Source of the DNA: Fistulifera solaris
Taxonomy: Eukaryota
Length of the DNA: 64,000 bases
NCBI GenBank assembly: GCA_030295235.1
Contig: AP026167.1
Coordinates: 682,001 to 746,000 of the forward strand
Direction of reading: 5' to 3'
Below are positions 34,895-47,473 of the stretch, piece after piece. Positions within the stretch are counted from its first letter, which is position 1. The number at the start of each line of letters is the position of its first letter. Made by a program: the position numbers and the translations under genes. The notes under the pieces are model-generated. The model searched no databases and was not told the DNA's origin. It saw only the letters and a program-made list of their open reading frames with translations.

Positions 34895-37800
34895 ATGACA
34901 TCGAAAAGGACACCCCGCAAAGCAAAGAATGTCAAATGCCCCGTCGTTTCTTCGCTTCCGAAACTACCCATCCCCTATTCGTCTCTTTCTCTGTCACCGG
35001 ATCGACAATTCGCGGTATTAGCGAGCAAAGATACGCTGCATATCGTTCAGATACATCCGAAGGGACTCAAGGCCGTCAAAACGATACCTGTCGCACAACA
35101 GTTTGTGCGCAATACAAGCGTTACGGGAGATACGCGGTCATCCATGGGATCGATCTTTAGTCCGAATGAACCAACGGCACCGTCCGCTTCGACTCTGGTG
35201 AATGTGGTCATTACAGATGTCGCATGGAATCGTGGTTCGAAAGCCGAAGCCGAAATGGATGGAAGTCGGCATTCATCGTCGTCCACCAAAAGCATCAATA
35301 CATCGGATGGTTCCTTGATTGCGGCAGCTGGATCCAATGGTCTTATTGTCGTTTGGAATGCGGATAATTTGTTGGGTGGATCCAATGCACCCGAAGTTGT
35401 TCTCAGTCAACACGCTCGAGCCGTCAATCGACTCGACTGGCATCCGACGCGTCCTGGCTTGCTCCTTTCGGCCTCACAAGATGCCAAAGTACTCTTGTGG
35501 GAACGCATCAAGGCGGAAGGGGATTTGACCGAAGAAAAGAAATCGCAGAATCGATTCAATCGAATCTTTGGAGGCATGGCTGCACAGACGACGACACGGC
35601 GGTCCTTTACTTGGCACTGTCGTGCCACATTTGAACCCAAAAGTGAAGCCGTTCGTGACATCAAATGGAGTCCCTTTTTCCCCGATGGTACGTGCTCTTT
35701 ATACTAATATCATTCGCAGGCAGTCATTTCCGTTTCTAACGAGATCGACAGTATTTGCCTTGGTCACCAGCAGTGGGAGTTTGATTGCGTACAACATTCA
35801 TCTGTATCATAAAGCGATCGCTATTCTGACGGCACACGCTGGAGAAGCCACCACACTTGATTGGCATCCCAAGCAACGAGGAATTATAGCCACGGGTGGA
35901 GCTGGGGATCGCTGCGTCAAGGTTTGGAATTTACTGGAAAAGTTAACGATGGACAAAGATGATGCGTACATGTCCTACAATTTCAATACGGTCAACAGTC
36001 GAGCGGATTCTATCAATACGGACAGTTCGATGGACAATGATAGCAGGTACGGTGACCACGTTGCGGTAGTAAATTCGTTATGTAATTTTTCGATGTCTTT
36101 TCACTAACGATTCTCATTTCGTAACAGTCCAATGGTGACTTCGAGTCTTGGCTCACAAACAGGAATGATGTATGCATCCCGGTTGAGTCCATTGACGCCC
36201 TTCTCGACACGACTGCGAGGTAGTGCTCAGCAGGAACTGTATACACTTTCCATCGCGTCTTCAGTTACACGGGTGAAATGGCGACCCATGTCGACAGCAA
36301 TCGTCAAGAATCCGGAACCAATGGATTTGCACGAACCAATGTTAGCGGTGGCGACGTCGTCTATCAAGGGAGCTAGTGCTGGAGGAGCTGGACAAGTTTC
36401 GCTATGGTCCTGGAGTCGTCCATTCATGCCTGTATGTGTTTTGGAAGGGCACACGGAAGGAGCTGTCCCAGACTTTGAGTGGATAGATACACCTGCCTCG
36501 GAATCGATACAAAAGGATTTGTTCAGCGGGACGCTTTCCAAAGATGGAAGAGGAACATCAAACAACAAAAAAGGATCCCCCAACTGGAAAACTCCAATAC
36601 AAGGAGATCTGGCTCAGTTTGATCCGATGGAACAGGACAGCGATCATGGATTGAATTTCTGGCAACATATCTTGAGCGTGGGTAGGGATGGGCGGTGTCT
36701 CATTCAAAGTTTTGTTAAAGGTAAAACTTTCACCGCATTGCTTGCTTCCACTTGCTTTACTTTGACCTTATGATTCTTCTTCGCTAGGTGACAGACCCAT
36801 AGCACGAGTTCCGCCTTCTTGCTTCTCAATGGCAAACTTATCACCCTTCCAAGAGGGTTATGGATCTCTTCAGATATTCTCCATTTGTCAGCCAGTTCCA
36901 TCGGGACAAAAGGACGACTTCTTACTCACCGGCTTGCGCCGCGATGCTAAAACGGCGAAAGCTCCGGGCATATTTCGCGAAGATCCAATCACAGAAGAAG
37001 ATAAATTTAAGAGAAATTATTTGCTGGATACTTGGACCACTGGCAGTCATGTACCAACCAGCATGCCAGAGCTTCACTTTAATGTTATCGATCAGGGACA
37101 CTTGGAAGAATTCGAGGATGATTCGCATACTATCGAAGGTCGTGGTATTCGGATTGCCCCGGAAGTTGTCCACTTTTCGAGATTTGCAGATCGATACGAG
37201 TATTACCTCGGTGAGAAATACGAATCCCGAGTAGAGATATGTATGCACAATGCTCGGGTGGCACACTCCTTGCGATTCGGACAGTTAGCTGAAATGTGGA
37301 AGTTACTGGCCATTATGCTCGATAATGCTGGAACTGACGGATTAACAAAGGCAGGGCCTAATGTCGGAAATGTGATGGAGTTTATTATGCTTCCTACAAT
37401 CCGATCGATGTTGGTGGAACGAGCGGATGCTGGCGATCTGCAAACATGCGTCACGTTGTGCGAGGTCCTTCGAGTTGTAACTCAAGACGAGAAAGTGAAA
37501 ATACCTAACATTGACATTGAATTGATTCGGGAATGGTATTTAGCGTACATTGACATCCTCCGCGACATGTGTCTGTTCTCTCAGGCAAGTCATTTAATCA
37601 GAAACTGCCATGATCCGTTTATAAAGGCGCTGAACAAGCAGTCCACAACGTAAGTTCGATGCGCACCAATGCTTTGTCGTAGAGACTTGATGGAAAACTA
37701 ACTGTGTGATGCTCTCCGCAGAATTCATGAATGCTGTCCGAGCTGTGGAAAATTGCTTCTTTCGTCCGATGGTACGGATTCAATTGGGGACTCGAGCTCC

Positions 37801-38085
37801 GTGAGAAGGCAGTGCAAGAGCTGTCGCCGCCGAATAGGCTTTTGTTTTCTCTGCCACGAGCCAGTGAAAGGCATTTATGTGTGGTGCCCTGGTTGCGGTC
37901 ATGGTGGTCACCTCGAGCATGCCTTGGAGTGGTTCGGTGGCTCCAATGGTAATCCTGTTCGAGAAATGTGTCCGACCGGTTGCGGACACCGTTGCAACAT
38001 GTTGCAGCAGCTCAATGCGTTTCCTAGGACGGACTCCTTGCTACGCGAATCGACTGTTCAGAACGATATGATTGATCTAATATAA
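34895..38085 (+). CDS. WDR24: GATOR2/SEA subunit WDR24-like protein (introns 35688-35751, 36047-36127, 36721-36787, 37650-37721)
   Basis: WD40 motifs HARAVNRLDWHP, LLSASQD, SEAVRDIKWSP and RVKWRP; CMHNARVA and GDLQTCV; C-terminal CFLCHEPVKGIYVWCPGCGHGGH..CPTGCGH RING. Four GT-AG introns restore the frame. Confidence 0.92.
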
Positions 38086-38126
38086 GAACGAAATCCGATA
38101 CGGAGCACGAAAGCTGCGACTGCTCT

Positions 38127-38552
38127 CTAATGGTGTTTCATGTACTTTGGATCGTCTCTAGGTCGTTCGATAAAGAACGCCAAAGCCAGTATCAAGGCAA
38201 GTATGCCTCCCCAAACTTTTTGACTGATCAAGCCAGCAAAATGTAGCTGCATTTTAAAATGATAACCCTTTTCTTCATCTACCAACGTTGCGCTACTGAG
38301 TAGAACTGCGGATACTAAGCTGACGAGAAAGGATATAAAGGAAAGCGCAAGCCACTTGAGATTCTTGATTGACATGGCCGTACCCTGTTTCATCGAAAGT
38401 GTTGCTAGAGTAGACGAAAGTAATGCAGCCAGGTGGGCATTCCCCGCTACGAGGCAACAGCAATTGATCAGGAGAAGGACCTTTGTTGCATTTCTATGCT
38501 TACGATTCCAACCCGTCGAAGTTTCCGTGGCGGCGACATCCTGGACTAGCAT
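38127..38552 (-). CDS. Small multi-TM hypothetical protein
   Basis: 141-aa ORF with 3-4 hydrophobic segments, filling the gap between WDR24 and P5CS. 5' end uncertain. Confidence 0.5.
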   Translation of the reverse strand: MLVQDVAATETSTGWNRKHRNATKVLLLINCCCLVAGNAHLAALLSSTLATLSMKQGTAMSIKNLKWLALSFISFLVSLVSAVLLSSATLVDEEKGYHFKMQLHFAGLISQKVWGGILALILALAFFIERPRDDPKYMKHH

Positions 38553-38950
38553 GTTGTTGTCAAGCGATAATTAAGAAAAGTTTCCTTAATATTTCTGTTT
38601 GAATTCCGGGCAGTAAGTGGATCATTCGTTGTTTCTAAAAAGGAAAAAGGAAATAACCAAGTCGAAAGAAAACATTACCATGCAAGTCAGTCGTACATCG
38701 AACATCGAAGAACGGTCACCTCGAGTCGTGTTTGGGTTGAAACATGATATCGTACCGGTTGTTGATAGTACAATCTGGAACACCCACAAAAGAAGCGTCA
38801 AGCACCATTCATTTGTTAGCTCTATCTCTAATAACTGTCGCTTTCAGTGAGAATGACCTCATTTTCATGTCCCCTCGCAACAAACACCACATTCCTTTGA
38901 TTACATTGAAACATCATTTTGCGGAGTCTACTTTGCTTCATTGCCTAAAT

Positions 38951-41264
38951 ATGTCTACTACTGAGCCTCCTAGTCGTGCTGCTTTGCGCAGAGCTCGCCG
39001 CGTTTGTGTAAAGGCCGGCACTAGCGTTGTGGCGAACGAGAACGGCAGTCCCTCTTTGACTCGACTGGGTGCTATCGCCGAACAGATTGCAGAGCTGTGC
39101 AACGGGGGTGTAGAAGTTATCTTTGTTAGTTCCGGCGCTGTCGGTATGGGAAAGCGGCTTTTGCGCAAACAAAGCAACTTACTCATGTCCTTTCGCGATC
39201 TACAAGGCGAATCGACCTCGAACGAAAAGCTCTTGCGCACCAAGAGCTTCGAGTCGTTGCTGGCCGGTACCGTACGCCCCCACTCGTCGGCAGAAAAGAA
39301 AAAGTTTTACGATTCAGCTTGCGCATCGGCGGGTCAGTTTGAAATGATGAATCTGTACAGCAATCTTTTGCCCAGTGCGATGTGTCTCCTTCTCAGATTC
39401 TCGTCACGCAAACGGACTTTACAGATGAAAGACGTTTGCACAATCTCAAGTACGCTATCGATCGATTGCTTGGGCTAGGAATCGTCCCCATCATTAATGA
39501 AAACGATGCAGTGAGTGCCAATCTTGGATACGGGCCGGATGATGTCTTTTCGGATAATGACTCTCTAGCGGCACTTTGTGCACGCCATTTTGGTGCGGAA
39601 GTTCTGTTGTTATTGACCGATGTACCTGGTGTATACGACCGTCCTCCGTCGGACCCCTCTTCAAAGTTGTTGCCTTTCTACAAATCCGGAGAATCTTCTG
39701 TGGAAATTGGCGCCAAATCCGCACAAGGTCGAGGCGGTATGGCCTCTAAAATTGACGCGGCACTCTCGGCTGTGCAACCAGGATCCCCCTGCAGTGCTTG
39801 TGTGGTGGCGGCGGGCAGTGATCTTAACACCATTCGTGCCGTCTTGGGCCCGTCCGGAAGGCATAAGTCAAAGGGCACTCTGTTCTGTACGCCTGGTAGT
39901 GATTTGGAGCAACAAGCTCTTCTCGATTATGCTGCTAGCAATTCAGATGAAAACGTCTCGGACGAAGCTCGCCGGAAGGCTGTGGCAGCTCGAACTGAAG
40001 CCCGCAAGTTGTTGGCTATGCCGCATTCCGTGCGTCAAGATATACTCAAGGAAATGGCCAGTGCCCTGTTGGCTCGAAAATCGGAATTACTGGAAGCAAA
40101 TGCGAAGGATATGTCGGCGGCCGAGACAGAGGAGGTCGCTTCTACTTTGAAAAATCGACTTAAGTTGACTGAAGACAAATTAGCTACACTTGCAGCTGGA
40201 CTCGAACAACTGGCCGACATGGCTGATCCTCTCAACGTTGTCAAAAGCAAACGTGAGCTGGCAGATAATTTGGAGCTGTCGCTCGTAACCGTTCCAATCG
40301 GAGTCCTCATGATTATTTTCGAGTCTAGACCAGACTCCATGCCCCAGATCACTGCACTTGCCATTGCCAGTGGTAATGGCTTGTTACTCAAAGGCGGAAA
40401 AGAAGCTTTGTATTCAAACCAGGCAATTCACGAGGTTTTAGGAGATGCGATCGAAAAAGGAAGTGGCGGTAAGATCAAGCGGGACATAATTGCCCTAATT
40501 ACCAGTCGAGGACAGGTTGCGGACATGTTAGCCTTGGATGAAGTGATTGACCTTGTTATTCCTCGTGGAAGTAATGCTCTTGTATCTTACATTAAAGCAA
40601 ACACGCGAATTCCCGTGCTTGGTCACGCCGACGGAGTGTGCCATGTTTATGTCGACAGTTCTGCCTCTGCCGACAACGCCTCAAAGATTGCAGTAGATGC
40701 AAAGACTGACTATCCATCAGCCTGCAACGCGATGGAGACGTTGCTTCTTCACGAGGATTGCATTTCGAACGGCGTCGGTCCGACTGTACTCATGGCCTTG
40801 CGAGCAGCTGGTGTCAAGTGTCTTGGCGGTCCGAGGGCAATGAAGGTTGGACTTTGCGATACTGCAGCACTAGAACGAAAGTTTGAATACGGAGATTTAA
40901 CTTGTCAGGTAGAGGTTGTTTCAAGTCTTGACGAAGCAATTGATTGGATCCATGCCTACGGTAGCGGCCACACCGAGACAATTGTATGCAGCGAAGACAG
41001 TCCAGTTGGCGAAGAATTCATCAAACGAGTCGATGCGGCTTGTGTTTTCAAAAATGCGTCAACGCGATTCGCTGACGGGTACCGCTTTGGCCTCGGAGCA
41101 GAGGTTGGAATTGCGACCGGCAGAATTCATGCACGCGGTCCTGTTGGTGTGCAAGGGCTGCTAACCACAAAGTGGCAGCTGCGGTCCACAAAGGTATACA
41201 TTACGTGTCAGAATTTGGTGGTAATGATCCAAAGAAATCTTACACGCACAAGGAACTGATGTGA
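38951..41264 (+). CDS. P5CS: Bifunctional delta-1-pyrroline-5-carboxylate synthase (frameshifts ~39367 and ~41192)
   Basis: Glutamate kinase motifs VKAGTS, VSSGAV, PIINENDAV, DNDSLAA and GRGGMASK; reductase motifs IFESRPD, LKGGKEA, VIPRGS, SACNAMETLL and HARGPVG. Confidence 0.95.
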
Positions 41265-41390
41265 AGGTAGTTGCTGAATCTACGAAGACAAACTTCTATT
41301 AAAGTTGAAATTATTGAGTTTTGCAGTAGCTTAGATTTTATGCGGAGTAGTTGACGAGGATCCGTCAAATGGGTATGCTTAACAACTAAA

Positions 41391-44195
41391 CTACTGCTCC
41401 GATTTCATAACGTTCCGGCTGACGAATGCCCGTACAAAAGCACCCGTAAGTTTCGGTAACATAGCAACTCTTGCCTCTTCACCAACAAATGCACCGAAAT
41501 TCTCTATTGACAATTTCTTTCGCTTTGACGACCCATTTAGATCCGTTACTGTAAGCACGTTTGCCGGTCGTTTAGCGGGTTTAACGCCAACGAGATGCAG
41601 CCCAAGCGTGGGTACCATTTTTAATGGCGCTTTATCGGAAGACGGTGGTGTATATTTTATGTCCACACCTTCATTGTTGTCCATATTGATACAGGTTATT
41701 TCCCCGCTTTTAAACAGCGTGTACAAGACTGTTTTTGAAACATCTTCATCATCCCATCCATCTGAAAGCCGCTGACTAGCACCGCCCACGAGACCGACAA
41801 TCTCGTCATCGTACATCATATTGACTTGGTCTTCCAATTGAAGGCCTGTCTTCGAACCGAGAAGTACCACACGTGATTTGTTGTTCTTTGAGTCTGTCAA
41901 TATTACCGATACAAGGCCTGCAAGCGGAGTTATGCTCCGAATAGCCCAATCAACCGACGGCGCTCGCCACACCCAATCTTTTGTGGAAATCCCCTTGTTC
42001 GCGTAGGGCGACTGAAGAGCAATCGAGCACGACGATTGACTCAGAAACATACCTTCAAGTTCTCCTGACTGTACAAAATGAACTGTTTCAACAAATTCGT
42101 CGCCTTCACCGTGACAAAGGGACGTGAGTAGCGTCACATTATGACGGTCCCAAAGAGTCACGACATTACCAAAACCTATCGCTAAAATAGAAGAATCATT
42201 CGAAAATGACACTGCTGATGGACCCGACGAAGCGTTTGCGTAGCCAGATGGAAACTGAACTCGGTACATGCAGTTCCAATCATCACCTTCGTCTCTAGTG
42301 CTTCGTCTCCAAAGCCGAAATGCTTTTTCGTCGTTGCTTACTGTACACGCGTATTTTCCATCCGCGGAAAGAGCAGCGGAGGAAACCTTTGCTCGTGGAC
42401 CATGTGGCGAAGCCATAGCGGCACACGGTTCGAAAGCTAGGGAATTCTCGTTGAACTTCCAAAATCGTATCGTTGATACTGTTCCAATCATCGTGCCGTC
42501 GTCTAACTGTTCACTGACTCCAATGGCGCTGTTCTCTGTTGGAACTGTGTCAATCGTCAAAAGCCGCTTAGCAGTTGCATCCCATTCGGCATGAATGATA
42601 GTCGGCGCCGGCAATTGACTTTGACTGTATTTCATACGACTGACGCGATTGAAAGGGGCGACTTTTAAGGTTGCAATGACCTCCTGTTGTCTCACATCAT
42701 AAACTTGAATATTCCCTGCAGCTTTCGCGAGGCCAGCACATAATATTTTTGGATTCGAAAATCCCATAGAAGCGGGATCAAGAATCATTTTAGAACTGCC
42801 CGATAAAATGGTTCGCTCGTCTCCAGCTCCCAGTCCCTGGACTTTCCACTTCAAATGCTGGTTATGCGTCTCAAAGAGATGAAGGGAGTTGTCTGCGCAA
42901 TATACGAGCAGACTATCTGCTTCACCGCTCTGGTGCGAAGAAACCATGTGGACGATTCCGGCCAAGGCAATGCGTGGTAAGACTTCGGCGGGTTTGTCGG
43001 AACCGCGCGAGAGTTGCCATGTGACAATTACACTCTCTTCGGCCCCACTGTAGAGCATGGAATCGCCAGCAGACTTGGGTATACTATCAAAGACCAACGT
43101 AGACACAGGGTGGGCATGCCAATGAAACTTTCGAACTACAATGCCCTTGGATGGATGGCGTGGTTTATTATCGTTGATGAGACTTTCATTGGCAATCTGC
43201 GCTTCATAGCGAGCCATACAGTCGTTGTACTCTTCGACACGAGGAATCAAATCAACTAGAACCTGAATGGTTCCCCGCATGTGTCCACACGCAATGTCTC
43301 TTTTGTTCGGTGCTATTGCCAAAGCAGAGACTTTGTTACTGGAGCTAAAGTTCCAGACAAAAGGTGCGGCCAGGGTCGTTCCAGAATCTGTAGTTTTCTC
43401 CATGAAAAACAAAAGCGACGACGGAAAGCCAACCACGATGACAGAGCAGTAAGGACCATCAAGACTTGGACCTTTTCCATCCTTCTCATAGTTGCAAACA
43501 GACAAACCAAACGGATTTTCTGGATTTTCTTCCGAAAACTTGGATAGATTTGATTTCAAACAGACGATGCTCGAAGAATCCAGCTTCACCTTTTTATTTT
43601 TGCCTAGTTTCAACTGCAGCATGAACCGATAAGCGCTCGTTACGTCATTTCCTTTTGCAATGGCATAAACAGCCACGTGATTCCTGAGACAATAACCAAA
43701 CTGCATGTGATGAACCACACCCTCCTTCTTATTCAGGATAAAGACCTGCTGAGGTCGATAGCAGTCTCCCGGAATCCAATAGGGACCACAGTTCTGCATT
43801 TTTGCACCTTTGCTTTTGAAGACGTCAAGATCTAGAGTCCGGAGAGATCCATCGTTGCAAGCAAGCACAAGAATCTGGTGATCTTCCGCGCCTTCCGATG
43901 CCACCAGATCTGTTACAGTGACGGTTTGTTGGGTGGATCCAAGAGTGACGGCGGTGATTTCAACGGGTACATGTTCCGTATCCAAGGACGGTAGAATAGT
44001 CGCAATTCGTTTCCCTGTTTTGTAGGCCAGAACACTGATGAATCGAGGATTGGGAAGAAGAACAAAACGCTCCAATTTGCTTTCCTGAGGATCGGTAATC
44101 AAGGGAGCAAATGTGCGCCAGGCCTCGAGCGGACTTGACTCATCGATCTCGGTCTTTGTGCCCAATAGAGGGGCACCGACGAGTATTCTCTTCAT
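41391..44195 (-). CDS. WDR75: WD40 SSU-processome t-UTP protein WDR75/Utp17-like
   Basis: ~934-aa WD40 protein with FHWHAHPV, LYSGAEESVIVTWQL...LPR and IRFW motifs. Confidence 0.8.
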   Translation of the reverse strand: MKRILVGAPLLGTKTEIDESSPLEAWRTFAPLITDPQESKLERFVLLPNPRFISVLAYKTGKRIATILPSLDTEHVPVEITAVTLGSTQQTVTVTDLVASEGAEDHQILVLACNDGSLRTLDLDVFKSKGAKMQNCGPYWIPGDCYRPQQVFILNKKEGVVHHMQFGYCLRNHVAVYAIAKGNDVTSAYRFMLQLKLGKNKKVKLDSSSIVCLKSNLSKFSEENPENPFGLSVCNYEKDGKGPSLDGPYCSVIVVGFPSSLLFFMEKTTDSGTTLAAPFVWNFSSSNKVSALAIAPNKRDIACGHMRGTIQVLVDLIPRVEEYNDCMARYEAQIANESLINDNKPRHPSKGIVVRKFHWHAHPVSTLVFDSIPKSAGDSMLYSGAEESVIVTWQLSRGSDKPAEVLPRIALAGIVHMVSSHQSGEADSLLVYCADNSLHLFETHNQHLKWKVQGLGAGDERTILSGSSKMILDPASMGFSNPKILCAGLAKAAGNIQVYDVRQQEVIATLKVAPFNRVSRMKYSQSQLPAPTIIHAEWDATAKRLLTIDTVPTENSAIGVSEQLDDGTMIGTVSTIRFWKFNENSLAFEPCAAMASPHGPRAKVSSAALSADGKYACTVSNDEKAFRLWRRSTRDEGDDWNCMYRVQFPSGYANASSGPSAVSFSNDSSILAIGFGNVVTLWDRHNVTLLTSLCHGEGDEFVETVHFVQSGELEGMFLSQSSCSIALQSPYANKGISTKDWVWRAPSVDWAIRSITPLAGLVSVILTDSKNNKSRVVLLGSKTGLQLEDQVNMMYDDEIVGLVGGASQRLSDGWDDEDVSKTVLYTLFKSGEITCINMDNNEGVDIKYTPPSSDKAPLKMVPTLGLHLVGVKPAKRPANVLTVTDLNGSSKRKKLSIENFGAFVGEEARVAMLPKLTGAFVRAFVSRNVMKSEQ

Positions 44196-44792
44196 TTTCA
44201 CTTATTTCTGTTACAAGCAACTTATAAACACAGAAGGAACGAACGCGGCTTTTTTTCTTGTCAATTTTTTGATGGTAGCCAATGGCAAAGCGAGCGAAGG
44301 TCGGACGCGATCAAACCATTTCTCGTCTCCCGGGACTGAAAATCATTTAGTCGGAACCTTGTCAAGCCTACCCATTACGCCATAGTAAATGATCAGAAGT
44401 GTGTTCAACGAAGGTGATTGAGGTTGAAGTATTTTATTCCTAATAATCAACATCAACCAAAAGAATACCAATCTGACACGCTTTTACAGTTCTTAATCGG
44501 TCAACATCATTGGTACACAAGAGTACCGTACCGCTAGGTTATAGTATGCAAATCAATGCGGTCTTTTTCCAAAGTGAAAATCGGTTTAGTTGGGAAAAGT
44601 CTCTCCTACTGCTTGGCGATTACCAGGTACCAGGTAGGGTTATTGCATTGCGGCAAGAATCCAATCCATCATAATTATATCCCGTGAGAAATCAGCGTCC
44701 CTGGATATATATATTATTTCGATGTATATGTCAGCGGTGCGGTGACGATAAGCCGTGATAGTAACAACATAGTAGGCAGCAAATCATCTCCT

Positions 44793-46525
44793 TTATTCTT
44801 CGTGATTTCCATCAGCATTGTGATCCATCACGGAACCTTCCACAACACGAAATTCATGAAAAGTGGCACAGCCGCCTTTCTGGTCTTCGGGGCAGCAAGC
44901 AAAGACGCCGGCAGCAAACTTATCAGGGAAAACGCGCAAATGTGAAATGCGTATGAAATCGAACTTGACCCCCATTTTGGCCTCAACAACAAAACTTGTC
45001 CCGCGGCAGTGCACTCGCATTTCCACGTCTTGTACCAATATCGTGTCAGGCGTGAGATGCCGAAAACTTCCCCAGTATTGAGTCGACCAGTCACTAAATT
45101 CATTCGTAACGACGCACGAAAGACGCGGCGTCCCGTCCACAACTTCAATTCCTGTTTTGATCCAGTGTTCTGCATCACAGCGGATGAAAATACCAGCTTG
45201 ATCAAACTGAGCTGCCGCTACGAGATCAAATTTTACCTCGACCGTGTAATGCTGATCAGCATGTAAGTCCGCGTACTCCAACACAGCCCCATCGTCTTTG
45301 AGAAGCAATGGTTCGTAATATGTCTTTCTCCAGTAGTCTTTCTTGGCCGCGGGGTACACAATCAGTTTGTTGTCCTCCACTCGCCAAGATCCATCGCACC
45401 CTTCGCGACCCGTTGTAGGTGACCACGAATCGGGAGCACACCGCCAACGCAACTGCCCCAAGGGTCGATGGTTTGGATCATAGATATCTTGGAGCCCGGA
45501 AAAGACAATGATCGGATCGTTGGCTTCTTGCGGGGCAAAGGTAGATTGTATAATTTGTTCAAGTGACTTAAAAGGACGCGACGGTAAGATTTGCATGAGT
45601 TGCGCAGATTCCATGGAAATATCCAAGGGACTAGGAACTTCTTTTGCCTGTGGTTGACACTGCGCTTTAGAAGCGGGTTGCAGAGACTCGCTGGTATCGT
45701 AGCCATGATACGCAAAGACTGCTTGGGCCATCTCAATGCGGCTGTACGAATGCAGGCCACCCATATTGTAAACACCCACAGATTTGGTATCTCTGCAAGT
45801 AAAATGCAAAATGATCTGTACTGCATCTTGGACTGCCAATACATTCCGTCGTTCATCCGTCCAGTACGTTGTTTGTTGTGGCGGTGGCCGACTACTGACA
45901 AAGTGCAAAAGGTATCATGCGCTGGCACAAAAGGCGCCAGAGGTCCCAAGAGAATGCTACTCCTCAATACAATGCCTGATTGGGCGAAGTATTGCTGACA
46001 AGTATCTTCCAGGGCCCGCTTCGTAGCACCGTATACATTGACGGGTACGGTCGGACTTGTTTCCCGATACGGTGGATCGGTCCCCTCGTACACTTGATCC
46101 GTGGAAAGCGCCACAAGTCGTAACGATGGATTGTGCTGTTGCAAAGCTTGAAAGAATATAATGGGATTGTTGACTGCCATGGCGAGAGATGGATTCTCTT
46201 GGCACACTTTAGGAGAAGCCATGGCGGCTGTGTGAATACAAACATCCCAGCGCTGTGACGAAGAATTTAGAAACTGATACACGGCGGCTTTGTCTGTGAA
46301 GTCCAGTGCTTGACATTGTACCGAACAAACAGATGTATGAGAAGTTATGAAGGATTCTATGGCCTCCGACAAATCAGAAGAACGATAATATAAAGCCCCG
46401 ACAAAGATCGAGGCGTCTTCGTTCGCAATTGAGCCTTTCGTCAGCAGTGCATGAAGAATGTGTTGACCCAAATAACCGCTTGCCCCCGTCAGAAGAATAT
46501 TCAACGACTTTGACTGTAGCGACAT
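44793..46525 (-). CDS. RmlD/MAT2B-like extended SDR fused to a DUF1349 (Ree1-like) domain (frameshift ~45908)
   Basis: SDR motifs LLTGASGYLG, HTAAM, STDQVYEG, YGATK, DERRN..V.D and SPLDISM, then KKDYWRKTYY, FDQAG, HWIKTGIEVVDG and SCVVTNEFSDWS. Confidence 0.88.
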
Positions 46526-46654
46526 GGTTGATCGTATGTATAGTATATAATCAACAAGAAGGTAATGAGAATGCAAGCAATGTTGTCATAATCGCGTAGC
46601 GCGTAGCGAGGAAAAATGATCGAAAAGTCCAAAAAAAGGGTGTATGCCATACAT

Positions 46655-46790
46655 GACGTCCGCAGAAAGTCTGTGAATCTGGTATCTTCAAGTAGACAGA
46701 AAATCTGGGTATTCATTCGGTGTTTTGGTGTTTTCACTTGCGCGGAAAATCTGGGAGTGTGATGTTTTGACGTTCACAGAAAATCTGGGT
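46655..46790 (-). repeat. Degenerate copies of the CCAGATTTTCTGG family
   Basis: CAGAAAATCTGGG at ~46697 and ~46777, and GGAAAATCTGGGAG at ~46744. Confidence 0.65.
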
Positions 46791-47011
46791 TAAGGAAACG
46801 TTTCGACGGAAGGAAAACCCGGATATTTGTACCGATACTAAATACTCCGTAATTATTTATTCTCTTCGATCACCACGCCATTCATTATCACGCATCCAGC
46901 CGAATAAGTTAAAGCGAATATATTGACTCGCAACCCTTACGAGAGTCCTTCTTTATAGTAATTTAGACACCTTAGTCTTTGCTACCAACGTAAAAGGCAC
47001 CGAAATCAATC

Positions 47012-47473
47012 ATGAGATGCCCTATGGCGTTCTTGTTGGAAATGGCGCTGGCACTCCAACGCGAACGCACCACCTGGTACATTGATGGACACAATCTACT
47101 CGGTCACAAAGGAACACCGCGTACCGTAGATGCCTTAGTTCAAGCTCTCGAGCCGATTCAAGGTGTAGAAAAGATTGCGCTCATTTTGGATTCGAAATCA
47201 GAATCCGATCCGCTCATTCAGATACAACCGTGTGTCAACAACGGTTTACTCGAAACCGTCACCTTATCACGCGACATCTCAGCGGACGATTACATTCGCC
47301 AACAGATTCATGAAGCACTTCCTCATACGCGGATTCAAGTTGTTACGGCCGATCGTGATCTACGACGACAAGTTTTGCAAACAAAACCTGTAGTACGAGG
47401 TGTTGTTAATCCGGTAACCTTTTGGAGACGGTATTTACCTCGTCTTTGTGGATACAAAAAACCGAAACAATGA
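47012..47473 (+). CDS. NYN/YacP-like PIN-domain protein
   Basis: PIN-like acidic motifs WYIDGHNLL, ILDS, SADDYI and VVTADRDL. Confidence 0.82.
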   Translation: MRCPMAFLLEMALALQRERTTWYIDGHNLLGHKGTPRTVDALVQALEPIQGVEKIALILDSKSESDPLIQIQPCVNNGLLETVTLSRDISADDYIRQQIHEALPHTRIQVVTADRDLRRQVLQTKPVVRGVVNPVTFWRRYLPRLCGYKKPKQ

